The translations under genes were made by a program, and so were the position numbers. From positions 3,611,129 through 3,675,128 of the forward strand of contig OZ244194.1 of assembly GCA_965216665.1 (NCBI GenBank): a stretch of DNA of 64,000 nucleotides, in the 5' to 3' direction. Origin of the DNA: Arenicellales bacterium (GTDB lineage Bacteria; Pseudomonadota; Gammaproteobacteria; Arenicellales; JAANXG01). Below are positions 9,787-19,831 of the stretch, piece by piece. The notes under the pieces are model-generated. The model was not told the DNA's origin and did not search any database. It saw only the letters and a program-made list of their open reading frames with translations. Position 1 is the stretch's first letter; each line of letters starts with the position of its first letter.

Positions 9787-11661
9787 TTAGCGGGGCACCT
9801 CGCTCCGCTGCAGGGTCACGATGCCACCCACCCGGCGCCGGTCCGCGGCGCCGTATTGACGCCGCCCGCGCCGATCGATGACGACCGCCTGCACCGAGCC
9901 GATATCCGCAGGAAAACGCAGCGTGTGGCCGAGGCCTTCCAGCGCCGTCATGACCGCCTCTGAGAACCCGATCTCGCGCCCCACGGTGCCATTGGCGCTG
10001 GTCTGCGCGACCCGCGGCGCGTCCACCGCTTCCTGGACGTCGAAACGGTGATCGATCAGGTTCATCGCCACCTGGGCCACGGAGTTGATGATGGTCGACC
10101 CGCCCGGGGAACCGAACGCGGCGCGGGGTTTCTTGCCGTCGAACACGATGACCGGAGACATGCTGGATCGCGGCCGTTTGTTCGGGGCAACGTCGTTGGC
10201 GCCGGGGTTGAAGTTGCTCGGGTCGGGATTCGCCGCCGGCACGAAATTGAAATCCGTGAGCTCGTTATTGAGCAGGAACCCGAAACCGGGCACCATCAAG
10301 CCCGTCCCCCAGGCCGATTCGATGGTATTGGTATAGCTGACGATGTTACCGTCGCGGTCGACCACACTGAAGTGGGTCGTGTTCAGACCCTTGTCCGGCC
10401 CGGCCGCCAGCGCGGCGATTTTCATCTTCTGGCCCGTGAAGGCGACATCGAAGGGACGTGGATCGTCGGCCAGGACTATCCCCTGGCGCACGTCGGGGTC
10501 GATCAATGCGCTGCGCAGCGCGATGTAGCCGTCGCTCAATAGACCGTTGACCGGCACGTCAACAAAATCGGCGTCACCCATCCAGACTGCGCGGTCCGCA
10601 AACGCCAGGCGCATCGCCTCGATATAAGTGTTCAGCGTGCGCGTCGTCCCGAAGCCGAATCCGGCGGCGGGATTTCCGATGGGAAAACGCTCTATCAATT
10701 TGAGTGCGTGGACGATCGTGAGTGGACCCGAGGACGGCGGGCCCATACCTTTGATGGTGAAGCCCCGATACTCGCCGACCAGAGGTTCACGCACCACGGC
10801 TTCGTAGTTGGCGAGATCGTCGAGCGTCATGCGGCCGACACCGTCGGCCCCGGCGGCAGAACGCGTCGCCAGCTGGGTCGCCACGATGGCGGCCGCCAGC
10901 GGCCCGGTGTAAAACGCATCCGCGCCTTGGGCCGCGAGGAGTTTCAACGTCGCCGCGAGGTCCGGCTGCACCAGCAGTTCCCCCTCGGCGATCGGCGTCC
11001 CGCCCGGGATGAAGATCTGACGCGCTTCGTCGTAGGCGGGATCCCCCAATTCGTTCTGCAGTCGCGAACTCAGCACGCTGTCGGCCAACCGCGGTCCGAC
11101 CCGGAAACCCTCCTCGGCGAGCCTGATGGCGGGCGCCAGCACCTCGGCTAGGGATTGGGAGCCCCACTCGGTCAGTGCCAGTTCGATGCCTCGCATCATC
11201 CCCGGTACACCCACCGACAGCCCGCTGGTGGAGGCCACGGAAAAGCCGCCCGTGCTGAATGGGACGAACATGTCCGGGGTCGCCGCCGCCGGGGCCTTCT
11301 CGCGGGAATCCACGGTCACCGTCAACTTCCGCTTGGCGAGATAAATCACCATGAACCCGCCACCGCCGATACCGGCCGATTGCGGCTCGACGACGTTGAG
11401 CGCGAACGCGACGGCAGCGGCGGCATCGATGGCGTTACCCCCGTTGCGCAGTATCTCGGCGCCGGCGCGAGCCGCGTTGGGCTCGCTGGTGGTAACCACG
11501 CCGCCGCGTACGCCTGGGACCCCGAGCGAGGGGTTGCGATCGGCGTGGGCGGTCGCGGTGGTGAGCAATACACCGACCAGCGCACCGCCGACGATATGTC
11601 TGATCCGCGTCCATGACGGCACGGCCGAGCGTTTCTGTGGGGTGGGTAAGAATTCCAGCAT
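9787..11661 (-). CDS. ggt: gamma-glutamyltransferase
   Basis: Signal peptide. Classic GGT motifs (TTHFSVVDRDGNIVSYTNTIESAWGTGLMVPGFGFLLNNELTDF; GSPGGSTII). Confidence 0.9.
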   Translation of the reverse strand: MLEFLPTPQKRSAVPSWTRIRHIVGGALVGVLLTTATAHADRNPSLGVPGVRGGVVTTSEPNAARAGAEILRNGGNAIDAAAAVAFALNVVEPQSAGIGGGGFMVIYLAKRKLTVTVDSREKAPAAATPDMFVPFSTGGFSVASTSGLSVGVPGMMRGIELALTEWGSQSLAEVLAPAIRLAEEGFRVGPRLADSVLSSRLQNELGDPAYDEARQIFIPGGTPIAEGELLVQPDLAATLKLLAAQGADAFYTGPLAAAIVATQLATRSAAGADGVGRMTLDDLANYEAVVREPLVGEYRGFTIKGMGPPSSGPLTIVHALKLIERFPIGNPAAGFGFGTTRTLNTYIEAMRLAFADRAVWMGDADFVDVPVNGLLSDGYIALRSALIDPDVRQGIVLADDPRPFDVAFTGQKMKIAALAAGPDKGLNTTHFSVVDRDGNIVSYTNTIESAWGTGLMVPGFGFLLNNELTDFNFVPAANPDPSNFNPGANDVAPNKRPRSSMSPVIVFDGKKPRAAFGSPGGSTIINSVAQVAMNLIDHRFDVQEAVDAPRVAQTSANGTVGREIGFSEAVMTALEGLGHTLRFPADIGSVQAVVIDRRGRRQYGAADRRRVGGIVTLQRSEVPR

Positions 11662-12088
11662 GACTCTCCTCCTGTGATGGATCCGGTTCCAGAACTGGCC
11701 GGATCCTGGACCTCAAGTGGCCCCCCTTGTGGCGAATCCCATATTCCTCCGTCCATGGGCACAGTTCAACCGGGTACCGCGTGAGCGGTCGTTTGGGACG
11801 ACATACCGTTGGATCGGAGCGACGGCGGGTCTGGCCGGCCGCGGAACGATTCATCACATCTCCTGGGGCGGCGCGCGTACACCGCCTCCGCGCGCGGGTT
11901 CACGGCGGGCGAGGCGGGTCGCCACCGAAGCACGCCAGGAGAACCCCATTCCCGGGCGGGGTTTCGTATACGGTCGCTCATACGGGTAGTGCGACTGAAT
12001 CAAGCCGCCCGATTGTTGATCAAGGGACAGGCACGGGGTCGTGGCCTCGACATCGACGACTGCCTCGGTGGTCGTTCCGACTCCGTGG

Positions 12089-13651
12089 TCAGCCGCCCTC
12101 GTCGACGCCGAATTTGATGCCTTGCGCCAGGGGCAGCGCATCGCCCCAGTTGATGGTGTTGGTTTGGCGCCGCATGTAGACCTGCCAGGCATCGGACCCC
12201 GCCTCGCGGCCGCCACCGGTGTCCTTTTCACCGCCGAATGCGCCGCCGATCTCGGCACCCGACGTACCGACGTTGACGTTGGCGATTCCGCAATCGCTGC
12301 CGGCGTGGGACAGATATTTCTCCGTGTGGCGCAGGTCGTTACTAAAGAGCGCAGAGGACAGGCCCTGCGGGACGTCGTTCTGCATCGCCACGGCCTCGCC
12401 GAAGTCCTTGAACTTCATGACGTAGAGCAGCGGCCCGAAGGTTTCGCGCTGCACGATCTCCCAATGGTTTTCCACCTGTGCGATCGTCGGTTCGACGAAG
12501 TAACCCGGCCCCTCGACGCCGTGGCCACCGGTCAGAATCCTGCCGCCGGCCTGGCGCACCGCTGCCACCGCGGCCAGGAACGCCTGTTTCGCCGCTTCGT
12601 CTACCACCGGCCCCAGCAACACGGAAGGTTGCAGCGGGTCGCCCAAGGTCACTTGCCGGTAACCGTCGACCAGGCGACGCAGCACTTCGTGGTAGAGGCT
12701 GTCGTGCACGAACAGGCGCCGCGTGGTGGTACAGCGCTGGCCGGCGGTGCCGATGCTACCGAACAGGACGGCGGGGACCGCGAGCCCCAGATCGGCGCTC
12801 GCGTCGACGATCACGGCGTTGTTGCCGCTCAGTTCCAGAAGGCTTTTACCGAGACGCCGGGCGACGCGCTCACCCACCCGCCGGCCGACTTCGGTGGAAC
12901 CGGTAAACGAAACCAGCGCGACGCGCCGGTCGTCGACCAGGCGCTGGGCGAGTGTGGGTTCGCCCTCGACAAAGAGCGAGAACACCGGCGGACAACCGGC
13001 GGAGGCGAACACCTCATTGCAAATGTTCTGCACCGCCAACGCGCACAACGGCGTCTTGGGTGAGGGCCGCCACACCACGGTGTTGCCGGCCACCGCGGCA
13101 ATGAAGGCGTTCCACGACCACACCGCCACCGGAAAATTGAACGCGGTGATCACGCCCACCACGCCCAGCGGGTGCCACTGCTCATACAGCCGATGCCGTT
13201 GCCGTTCCGAGTGCATGGTCTTGCCGTACAGCATGCGCGACTGGCCGACCGCGAAATCCGCGATGTCGATCATCTCCTGCACTTCGCCGTCCCCCTCCGC
13301 CTTAATCTTGCCCATTTCCAGCGCCACCAGACTGCCGAGTGCGTCCTTCTTGGCGCGCAGCGCGTCGGCCACCGCGCGCACCACTTCGCCCCGTTTCGGC
13401 GCCGGTACGTCGCGCCAGGCGGAAAACGTCTCGTGCGCCCGGGAGACGATGGTTTCGTAATCTTTTGCGGTCGCGCCGGCGACCGACGCCAGCACCGAAG
13501 CCGTGGTCGGATCGATGGACTCGAGCGCGGCGCGGTCACCGGTCGGCGCCCAATCACGGCCGGCGCACGCGCCGGGATTGAGCGCGTCCAATCCCAGCGC
13601 GCGGAGTACCGCCGCGGCGCGTCCGTCACGGTCTGAAAGAGTGTGGGCCAA
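12089..13651 (-). CDS. aldehyde dehydrogenase, ALDH7/antiquitin-like (piperideine-6-carboxylate / aminoadipate-semialdehyde dehydrogenase type)
   Basis: TTG start with GGGAGA RBS. ALDH motifs (FTGSTEVGRRV, ELSGNNAVIV, GTAGQRCT) and an ALDH7-like EMGKIKAEGDGEVQEMIDIADFAVGQSR block. Confidence 0.85.
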   Translation of the reverse strand: MAHTLSDRDGRAAAVLRALGLDALNPGACAGRDWAPTGDRAALESIDPTTASVLASVAGATAKDYETIVSRAHETFSAWRDVPAPKRGEVVRAVADALRAKKDALGSLVALEMGKIKAEGDGEVQEMIDIADFAVGQSRMLYGKTMHSERQRHRLYEQWHPLGVVGVITAFNFPVAVWSWNAFIAAVAGNTVVWRPSPKTPLCALAVQNICNEVFASAGCPPVFSLFVEGEPTLAQRLVDDRRVALVSFTGSTEVGRRVGERVARRLGKSLLELSGNNAVIVDASADLGLAVPAVLFGSIGTAGQRCTTTRRLFVHDSLYHEVLRRLVDGYRQVTLGDPLQPSVLLGPVVDEAAKQAFLAAVAAVRQAGGRILTGGHGVEGPGYFVEPTIAQVENHWEIVQRETFGPLLYVMKFKDFGEAVAMQNDVPQGLSSALFSNDLRHTEKYLSHAGSDCGIANVNVGTSGAEIGGAFGGEKDTGGGREAGSDAWQVYMRRQTNTINWGDALPLAQGIKFGVDEGG

Positions 13652-13854
13652 TTGTCATTCTCCCGGATTGGATGATCCGCCGCCCCACTGCCCACGCGGT
13701 ACGCCGATCTCGCGGGCGCGAGGGGGTCTCGCAAGGTGCTCAAGGGCGGTCGATGTCAACACTGATTGGTATCATACTCAACAAACCCAAAACGCGTCCT
13801 CCAACCGAGGCATTCCGTTAACCCCAACAGGGAACTACCGCGAGAATTTCCATC

Positions 13855-14508
13855 ATGAAGAGCACGTCGGGTGCAATTCGCACGGCAACCCGTAAAATCC
13901 ATCCGGAGTCACGCGCAGGCCGATGCTCGGGACAAAAAGAAAAGGGCGCGCTCTTGCCCGGTGAGCGGAAACGCCGCATTCTTTCGCACCCGCGAGCGGG
14001 TCCTATCAAAAGGCTGTTCGTCATCGCAGTCTCGACCTATGGGCTGGTGAGTTGTGCTTCGGGCTTCACCTCGCACGAACGGGTGGAAAGCGACAGACCG
14101 TCGCCCACGGAGAGTGAGATAGTGCGATGGTCGCATCTGGTCGGTACCTGGTTCGGGTCACAACCGGAAGCCGACGGCGGGCGCTACGATTGGATCGTCG
14201 TGCGAGACCCCTACGGACGATTCAAACTGACTCACCGAAACTACGACGAGGAAGGCAACTTCAAGGAGAACGTAGAGGTCGGGGAATGGGGTGTCTCCGG
14301 GCCGGTCTTTTTTGTCATTGCGAAGGGATGGATAAGGGAAGGGAAGTTTGTGCCGATAGAGCATGTGGGGCCCGGATATAGAGATGCCTACCAGATAATA
14401 TCGATCACGGAGGACAAGTTCGAATACCGGTACTACGGCGATGGCAGGCGTTTTGTCGTAAAACGCGTGCCGGCCGGATATACATTTGAAAAGCGGCACG
14501 GAATTTGA
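13855..14508 (+). CDS. hypothetical protein, possible lipoprotein (start uncertain)
   Basis: ORF with a low-GC leader upstream. Internal hydrophobic stretch ending in LVSC suggests a lipobox if the true start is internal. Confidence 0.4.
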   Translation: MKSTSGAIRTATRKIHPESRAGRCSGQKEKGALLPGERKRRILSHPRAGPIKRLFVIAVSTYGLVSCASGFTSHERVESDRPSPTESEIVRWSHLVGTWFGSQPEADGGRYDWIVVRDPYGRFKLTHRNYDEEGNFKENVEVGEWGVSGPVFFVIAKGWIREGKFVPIEHVGPGYRDAYQIISITEDKFEYRYYGDGRRFVVKRVPAGYTFEKRHGI

Positions 14509-14682
14509 CGGCGAAGGAACCATGAACCCGGGGCAGGTGCGTACCCGCGCCGGGACTCAGATCATCGGCCGGTCGCGGCCGGGTCGAATCCCGTGTATGG
14601 TCTGCGCGGTATCAGCGGCGCGGCGACGACGTCCGGCGCGCGCGCTGGAGAACAGATGGTCTACCGACACAGGAGCGGAGGT

Positions 14683-15504
14683 ATGAATACAGGTAAGCGC
14701 CGCTGGCGTAGGCTGCAAATCGGCGCTTCCGGTGCCATGCTGGCACTCGCCGTCGCGAACGCGGCAATTGCCGGGACGTTGCCGGGCGACTACCGCCAGG
14801 TTGTGGATCTGACCCACAACTACGACGAACACACCGTCTACTGGCCGACCGCGAGCGGGTTCGAGCTGCACGCGGATTTCCACGGCTATACGGAAAAGGG
14901 CTACTACTACGAAGCCAACAGCTTCAGCCCCGCGGAGCACGGCGGTACGCATCTGGATTCGCCGATTCATTTCGCTGCGGGCCAGTGGACCGTGGAGCAG
15001 ATCTCGCTGGGCAATCTGATGGGGCCCGCCGCGGTGATCGACGTCACCAAGCAAAGTGCCGGCAACCCGGATTACCAGGTCACGATCGCGGACATCCAGA
15101 ACTGGGAGCAGGTCCACGGTACGCTCCCCGACGGCGCCATGGTCCTGTTGCACACTGGGTTCGCCCGCTACTGGCCCGACCGGGAGCGCTATATGGGCAC
15201 CGCCGAACGCGGGGCCCAGGCGGTGCCGAAACTGCATTTCCCGGGGTTGCATCCGGATACCGCAACATGGCTGGCGCGCGAACGAAAGATCGCGGCGATC
15301 GGGCTCGATTCGCCCAGTATCGATTACGGACAGTCGCAGCTTTTCGAGGCGCACCAGAATCTGTTCAATGCGAACATTCCGGCGCTCGAAAACGTCGCGA
15401 ACTTGGACGCCCTGCCCGCAGCCGGCGCCTACGTGATCGCGCTGCCGATGAAGATCAAGGGGGGGTCCGGAGCGCCGCTGCGCATCATCGCGCTGCTTCC
15501 ATGA
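14683..15504 (+). CDS. cyclase family protein (kynurenine formamidase / arylformamidase-like)
   Basis: ATG 14683 after GGAGCGGAGG. Tat-like N-terminus (KRRWRRLQIGASGAMLALA). HxGTHxDxPxH motif (HGGTHLDSPIHF) typical of PF04199. Confidence 0.75.
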   Translation: MNTGKRRWRRLQIGASGAMLALAVANAAIAGTLPGDYRQVVDLTHNYDEHTVYWPTASGFELHADFHGYTEKGYYYEANSFSPAEHGGTHLDSPIHFAAGQWTVEQISLGNLMGPAAVIDVTKQSAGNPDYQVTIADIQNWEQVHGTLPDGAMVLLHTGFARYWPDRERYMGTAERGAQAVPKLHFPGLHPDTATWLARERKIAAIGLDSPSIDYGQSQLFEAHQNLFNANIPALENVANLDALPAAGAYVIALPMKIKGGSGAPLRIIALLP

Positions 15505-15627
15505 GGTTCGCAGGTACGCCGCCCGGAGATCCTCGACCACCGGCGCCCGTGGGCGGGCAGGCCACGGCGGGCAAACCGAAGCGGTCGCCAACCCCGAGAG
15601 ACTCAACAATGAGGAGTCGGGCCAAGC

Positions 15628-15912
15628 ATGGGACCACCACCGAACCCATCGGGACGTACACACAGTAATTGGCGGCCCGCGAGGCTCCACTTCTGGCTTG
15701 CCTTGAGCGGCGTCTCGATTATCGTGTCGACGGGCGCGGTGTATTTGTCCCTGGTAAAAACATCGCCGCTGCCGTTTGCGGAAATGGACTTCGACGGAAA
15801 CGGGTGGGTGACCTTCGGCGAGCTGTACCGTGCCCATTTCGCGCTGCCGGGGACGGAACCGTGCAGCGATTCTACGACGGACCGCACACAGCGTAAGCTT
15901 CCGTGCGACTGA
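15628..15912 (+). CDS. small membrane protein with a single EF-hand loop
   Basis: TM segment then canonical DxDxNGxxxxxE loop (DFDGNGWVTFGE). Start codon uncertain. Confidence 0.35.
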   Translation: MGPPPNPSGRTHSNWRPARLHFWLALSGVSIIVSTGAVYLSLVKTSPLPFAEMDFDGNGWVTFGELYRAHFALPGTEPCSDSTTDRTQRKLPCD

Positions 15913-15971
15913 CCGGACTGTCTGCGGGCGGCGCCAACCATCGTCGGCCACGCCGTCGGGTCCGGTTGTGT

Positions 15972-18641
15972 CTACTCCGTGATCCCGGCGTCGATGCCGT
16001 TTTTCGCCTGGCCGTCCAATAAGGGGATACACGCGGTGCGGCCGGTCGCTGGAAACGGATCGCTGTCTTTGCCGCGTTTGTCGCCTTGCCGCCGGGGACT
16101 CAAGCGGAAGCCGGGCGGCGGCGTGAACTCCACGCCATATCGGCCCGCCGCTAAGTGGCCAAACGCATAGAGGCCGACCGCGTCGGTTGCTGTCGTGCCT
16201 TTCACGAACCCGTCGCAATCCAGGAGTACGACGCCCACATCCGGGAATCCGGGTTCGCTCGCGTCCTGGATGCCGTCGCCATCGAGGTCCCGCCACACAC
16301 GGTCGCCGATCCGGCCGGTGCCGGCGTCCGCCATCAGTCCTGCATCGATACCGAGTTTACTTTGCCCCGGTTTGACCGCAATGCAGGACGTGATTCCGGT
16401 GGCCGCGTCGGGATTGCTGTCGCGGCCGCGTTTCGTACCCTGCAAGGGCGGGCTGAAACGAAAACCGGCTGGCGCCACGAACGCGATCTGGTAACGACCC
16501 GCGGCGAGTCCGTCGAAGCGGAAGCGTCCTTTCGAATTACTGGTGGTGGCCACGAGATCGTTGCCGGCGCAATCGCGAAGTACGACAACGACCTTCGCCA
16601 TGCCGTTTTCGTGCGCGTCCTGCAGCCCGTCGCCGTTTGCATCGTCCCAGACGAAATCCCCCAACGCGCCGCTACCGTCTTGAATCGTGACGATCGATTG
16701 CCCATCGATAATCGCGGCGTTCGCCGGGTCGGAAAGGTTCACCAGAAACCGCTCCGGGGATTCGGGGTTCAAGTCGTCGAGAATCGTCACCGGTATGACT
16801 TTGCTCGTCTCGCCGCCAGCGAAGATCAAGGTTCCGCTGGTAGGTAAAAAATCTTCTCCCGCGACCGCGGAATCCGACTGGGTCGCGTAGCCGACGGACG
16901 TAGTGTGGTTGCGCGCCGGCTGCAGCACTACTCGCACCCGGGCCGTCTCCGCCTCTTCGTTGATCGTCAGGTCCTCGGCAGCAAAGCCGCTCTCGTCGAC
17001 GATAATGGAGACGGTGGCCGGATTGCTGTCGAGCAACCCGTCGTTGGCCTTGACGGTAAAGCTGTCGGTACCGACGAAACCGGCACGGGGGACGTACGTC
17101 ACCTCGGGCCCGCGTGCGTCCAAGTCGCGCACCAGGTGGAGCGCTTCGGCATAGAACGTGCTGACGTGATAGTTGACCTTCCAGATCGAGCCTTTCTGGA
17201 AGCGCGTCGGAGAAAGATCGCCGATACCCAGTTCCCAAAACCAACCGCTGTACACGGGGTCGATCTGATGGTTTCGGATGAGCTGCATTGTGGCGTCGAA
17301 CTCGTCCCACAGGTCGTCGCGATGATAGGCGCCGTAATGCAGCAACGCCCGGGCCATCTCCGCCTGCGGCCACCAGGTCACGACCTCGGCGTCCAGCGGT
17401 TGGAACGGTGCGCCGTCGTAGGCGACGAAGCGCCGCGCCAGCGATCCGGACACCGCGTCCCAGGCGTGCTCGAGCACGAAGTTGATCAACCGGTTGCCGC
17501 GCTCGATCCACGACGCGTCGCCGAAGCCGCGCGCCACGGCGTGGCTCAGAAGCACGGCGATTTCCACGGCGTGGCCGGTATTGACAAACGCGCCGTCACG
17601 GGAGCTGGGTGCCGTCACCGGCGACCAGTCGGCTTGGTAGAAATGCGGTATATAGCCCCGCGCCGGACTGGAACCGGGCTCATCCTGGTACATCGTGTGC
17701 GCCATGAAATCGCCGACGCGGGAGATCTGATCGGCCAACGGCGCGCGCTCGGCTGCGGTGCTGACATCATAGAGCACGAGCAGCGCCTCGAAGACGTGCA
17801 GCATATAGTTGGAGTTGCGTCGCTCGCCGGTGAGCTCGTCGGTCAGGGTTCGATCTTTGTCAACGCCGAAAGCGCGTGGCGACCCGGGTGGATCTCCGGG
17901 TCGGGGATCGCCGAAATGAACGTTCAGGGTGTTCCATGCGCTGCGGGCGCCGGCGAGATGGTCGGCGTCACCGGTCACCCGGTAGGCGTGCGCCAGGGCG
18001 AGTAGCGCATGCGCGTGGCCATACACGCTCTTGGTGGTGTCTTGCGGCGGTGCCGTGCCGTCCGCCTCCAGCCGATAAAACATCCCTCCGTATAGCGGGT
18101 CGGGGGCGTGCTGAAGCAGGTAATCCGCGGCTTTCTGCACCGCCTCACGAAATCGGTCTCGATCGGGCGCCGCCGCCGCATGATATCCCGCCGCGTTCAT
18201 CACAATGCCCCGACTTTGCGAGATCAGCGTCATCGAGTCGTTGACAGGCGGTACCGGCTCGAAGCGGCGGTTGAGATACGCGCGAAACAATCCGTCCCAG
18301 CCGGTCTGATACGTCCCCAGGCCTGTGGACGGCGGATTGCCGGTGCCGCCGTTCCACAGATCCGCGTCCGCAATCAGTTGCGCGGCGAACCACGATGCAT
18401 CCACGTGCTCCCCGACCGCGTCGGACACGTGCATCAGGCGGCCTTGCACGGGCGAGGTGGTAACGAGCCAGGTTAGGGGGTCGTTGTCCGGATCACTGCC
18501 CGTCAGGGTGATGCGCGTGGGTGTGTCGCGTACGGTGTGGACCGTCTGATCGTGGGCGATCGGCGGGCCGTTGGCCTGCGCTGCGGCCGCGACGAGCGTC
18601 GCACCCGTAACTACCGCCCATCTCACCCACCCCGCGCGCAT
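15972..18641 (-). CDS. large secreted multidomain protein: six-hairpin (AGE/GH-like) domain + Calx-beta domain + two SdrD-B/CnaB-like repeats
   Basis: ATG at 18641 after GAGGGGGA. Signal peptide. (alpha/alpha)6-like region (GHAHALLALAHAYRVTGDADHLAGA…). Calx-beta-like block (ETARVRVVL…DFLPTSGTLIFAGGETSKVIPVTILDD). Two repeats, GDFVWDDANGDGLQD… and GDRVWRDLDGDGIQD…. Confidence 0.75.
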   Translation of the reverse strand: MRAGWVRWAVVTGATLVAAAAQANGPPIAHDQTVHTVRDTPTRITLTGSDPDNDPLTWLVTTSPVQGRLMHVSDAVGEHVDASWFAAQLIADADLWNGGTGNPPSTGLGTYQTGWDGLFRAYLNRRFEPVPPVNDSMTLISQSRGIVMNAAGYHAAAAPDRDRFREAVQKAADYLLQHAPDPLYGGMFYRLEADGTAPPQDTTKSVYGHAHALLALAHAYRVTGDADHLAGARSAWNTLNVHFGDPRPGDPPGSPRAFGVDKDRTLTDELTGERRNSNYMLHVFEALLVLYDVSTAAERAPLADQISRVGDFMAHTMYQDEPGSSPARGYIPHFYQADWSPVTAPSSRDGAFVNTGHAVEIAVLLSHAVARGFGDASWIERGNRLINFVLEHAWDAVSGSLARRFVAYDGAPFQPLDAEVVTWWPQAEMARALLHYGAYHRDDLWDEFDATMQLIRNHQIDPVYSGWFWELGIGDLSPTRFQKGSIWKVNYHVSTFYAEALHLVRDLDARGPEVTYVPRAGFVGTDSFTVKANDGLLDSNPATVSIIVDESGFAAEDLTINEEAETARVRVVLQPARNHTTSVGYATQSDSAVAGEDFLPTSGTLIFAGGETSKVIPVTILDDLNPESPERFLVNLSDPANAAIIDGQSIVTIQDGSGALGDFVWDDANGDGLQDAHENGMAKVVVVLRDCAGNDLVATTSNSKGRFRFDGLAAGRYQIAFVAPAGFRFSPPLQGTKRGRDSNPDAATGITSCIAVKPGQSKLGIDAGLMADAGTGRIGDRVWRDLDGDGIQDASEPGFPDVGVVLLDCDGFVKGTTATDAVGLYAFGHLAAGRYGVEFTPPPGFRLSPRRQGDKRGKDSDPFPATGRTACIPLLDGQAKNGIDAGITE

Positions 18642-18737
18642 GTCCCCCTCGCTCGATGCCAACCCGCTGTCGATTGTACCGGTTTTTGTCCCCCGGCATC
18701 ACTAGACCGGTGCGATGTTCCGGGACCGACTTCGCCC

Positions 18738-19184
18738 TCAGTTGAGTACGCCGGGCCAGTTCCTGTCGGCCGCCGCGATGTGTCCGGGAATATCCTCGCG
18801 CCAGCGCTCGCGGACACTCAGGCTGTAATTGAGATAGAGCTTGCCGTCGTGGACGGTCCATGCCTCGGGTACGGTGCTGGCAGTCGCACCTTTGGCAACG
18901 GCATAGGCGCAGTAGCCTCCATACTGGGGTGCGTATTTTTCCGGGTCCGACTCGAACAGGGCCAGGTGCTCCGCGCTCGCGAACTTGAACGTGGCGCCGT
19001 TCCACTCGAACTGATATGGATCGCGGCCCTTCATCGGTTTGCCGGCGGTGAAATAGGCGACGGGGTCGTAGCCCCGCAGGGCGCCGTCGCCGGTGGCGAA
19101 GACCGGCGGCTCACCGGCGTGTGCCACGGTCAGGCCGAGTGCGAGAGCGGTGAGGCCGGAAAAGAGTTTTTTGTGCGTAACCAC
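18738..19184 (-). CDS. YHS-domain protein (secreted)
   Basis: YHS-like core (DPVAYFTAGKPMKG…FEWNGATFKFASAEHLALFESDPEKYAPQYGGYCAY). Signal peptide. Start codon ambiguous (GTG ~19184 or upstream ATG 19316). Confidence 0.55.
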   Translation of the reverse strand: MVTHKKLFSGLTALALGLTVAHAGEPPVFATGDGALRGYDPVAYFTAGKPMKGRDPYQFEWNGATFKFASAEHLALFESDPEKYAPQYGGYCAYAVAKGATASTVPEAWTVHDGKLYLNYSLSVRERWREDIPGHIAAADRNWPGVLN

Positions 19185-19458
19185 TCTCCTGTTGGTGCAG
19201 TACGGACGAGGAAAGTTCCTTTCTCGAGCGCGGAAGCGAACGCTACCGACCGGGACGTTGCGCGCTGTGCATCGCCCCTCCTGACACTTCGTCAAAACCG
19301 AATTAAAAAGGTTCATAAATCGACTTATCAGAATGGTGGTTCGCCCCTATCATCTTCCGCCGAACGTGGTCGCCCGGTCCGCCCCGGACGTTACCGGAAC
19401 GCGGTGCCGACCGGCCGCACAACTGAATGTGTGACTGATGATGAGGCGGAAATACAGA

Positions 19459-19751
19459 TGTATGGCGTGAAACGTTTACCGGGGTCACCCGGGATCTTGG
19501 GTGCAGGCGCGGCGTGGTCGCGTCGGCGGGGGATTAAGGCAAACGCGACGGTGCGCAGTGAAGGGCGTCAGCGCATCCTGCCGCGGCTGTGCACGCCGCG
19601 TGTGCCGCTCACCGACAATCAGTACGAGGATTACCGGAGTTTGCTGTCCGAGGCGCGGGCATTGACCGTATTGGGCCAACATCAGGACGCGCGCCGCGTC
19701 ATGCGCCTGGCTGCGCACATCTTGCGCACCAGTGCCCCCGGCCTGGAGTAA
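19459..19751 (+). CDS. small hypothetical protein
   Basis: 97-aa ORF with a GAGG-ATG start and high GC3. No recognisable motif. Confidence 0.25.
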
Positions 19752-19831
19752 CGCTGCGATGACGGCGTTTTCGAACGGCGGAAGACGACGCGAACTTTTT
19801 CACAAACCTTTTCTTAAAGGAGAAACCGGAC

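Noticed and set aside
12041-13460. 340-aa and 245-aa plus-strand ORFs overlapping the aldehyde dehydrogenase
   Set aside because: Antisense artefacts. The ALDH frame carries all family motifs.
14557-16296. 579-aa minus-strand ORF
   Set aside because: It is antisense to the cyclase-family and EF-hand genes. Its translation is an Arg/Pro-rich low-complexity string typical of spurious ORFs in high-GC DNA. No RBS or motif.
16672-18005. 279-aa (-) and 366-aa (+) ORFs inside the large multidomain secreted protein gene
   Set aside because: Alternative frame or antisense of a gene with clear domain signatures.
18537-19751. 404-aa plus-strand ORF spanning the YHS-domain gene region
   Set aside because: Antisense to the YHS gene over most of its length. 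Only its 3' ~290 nt (19459-19751) was kept as a low-confidence small ORF.
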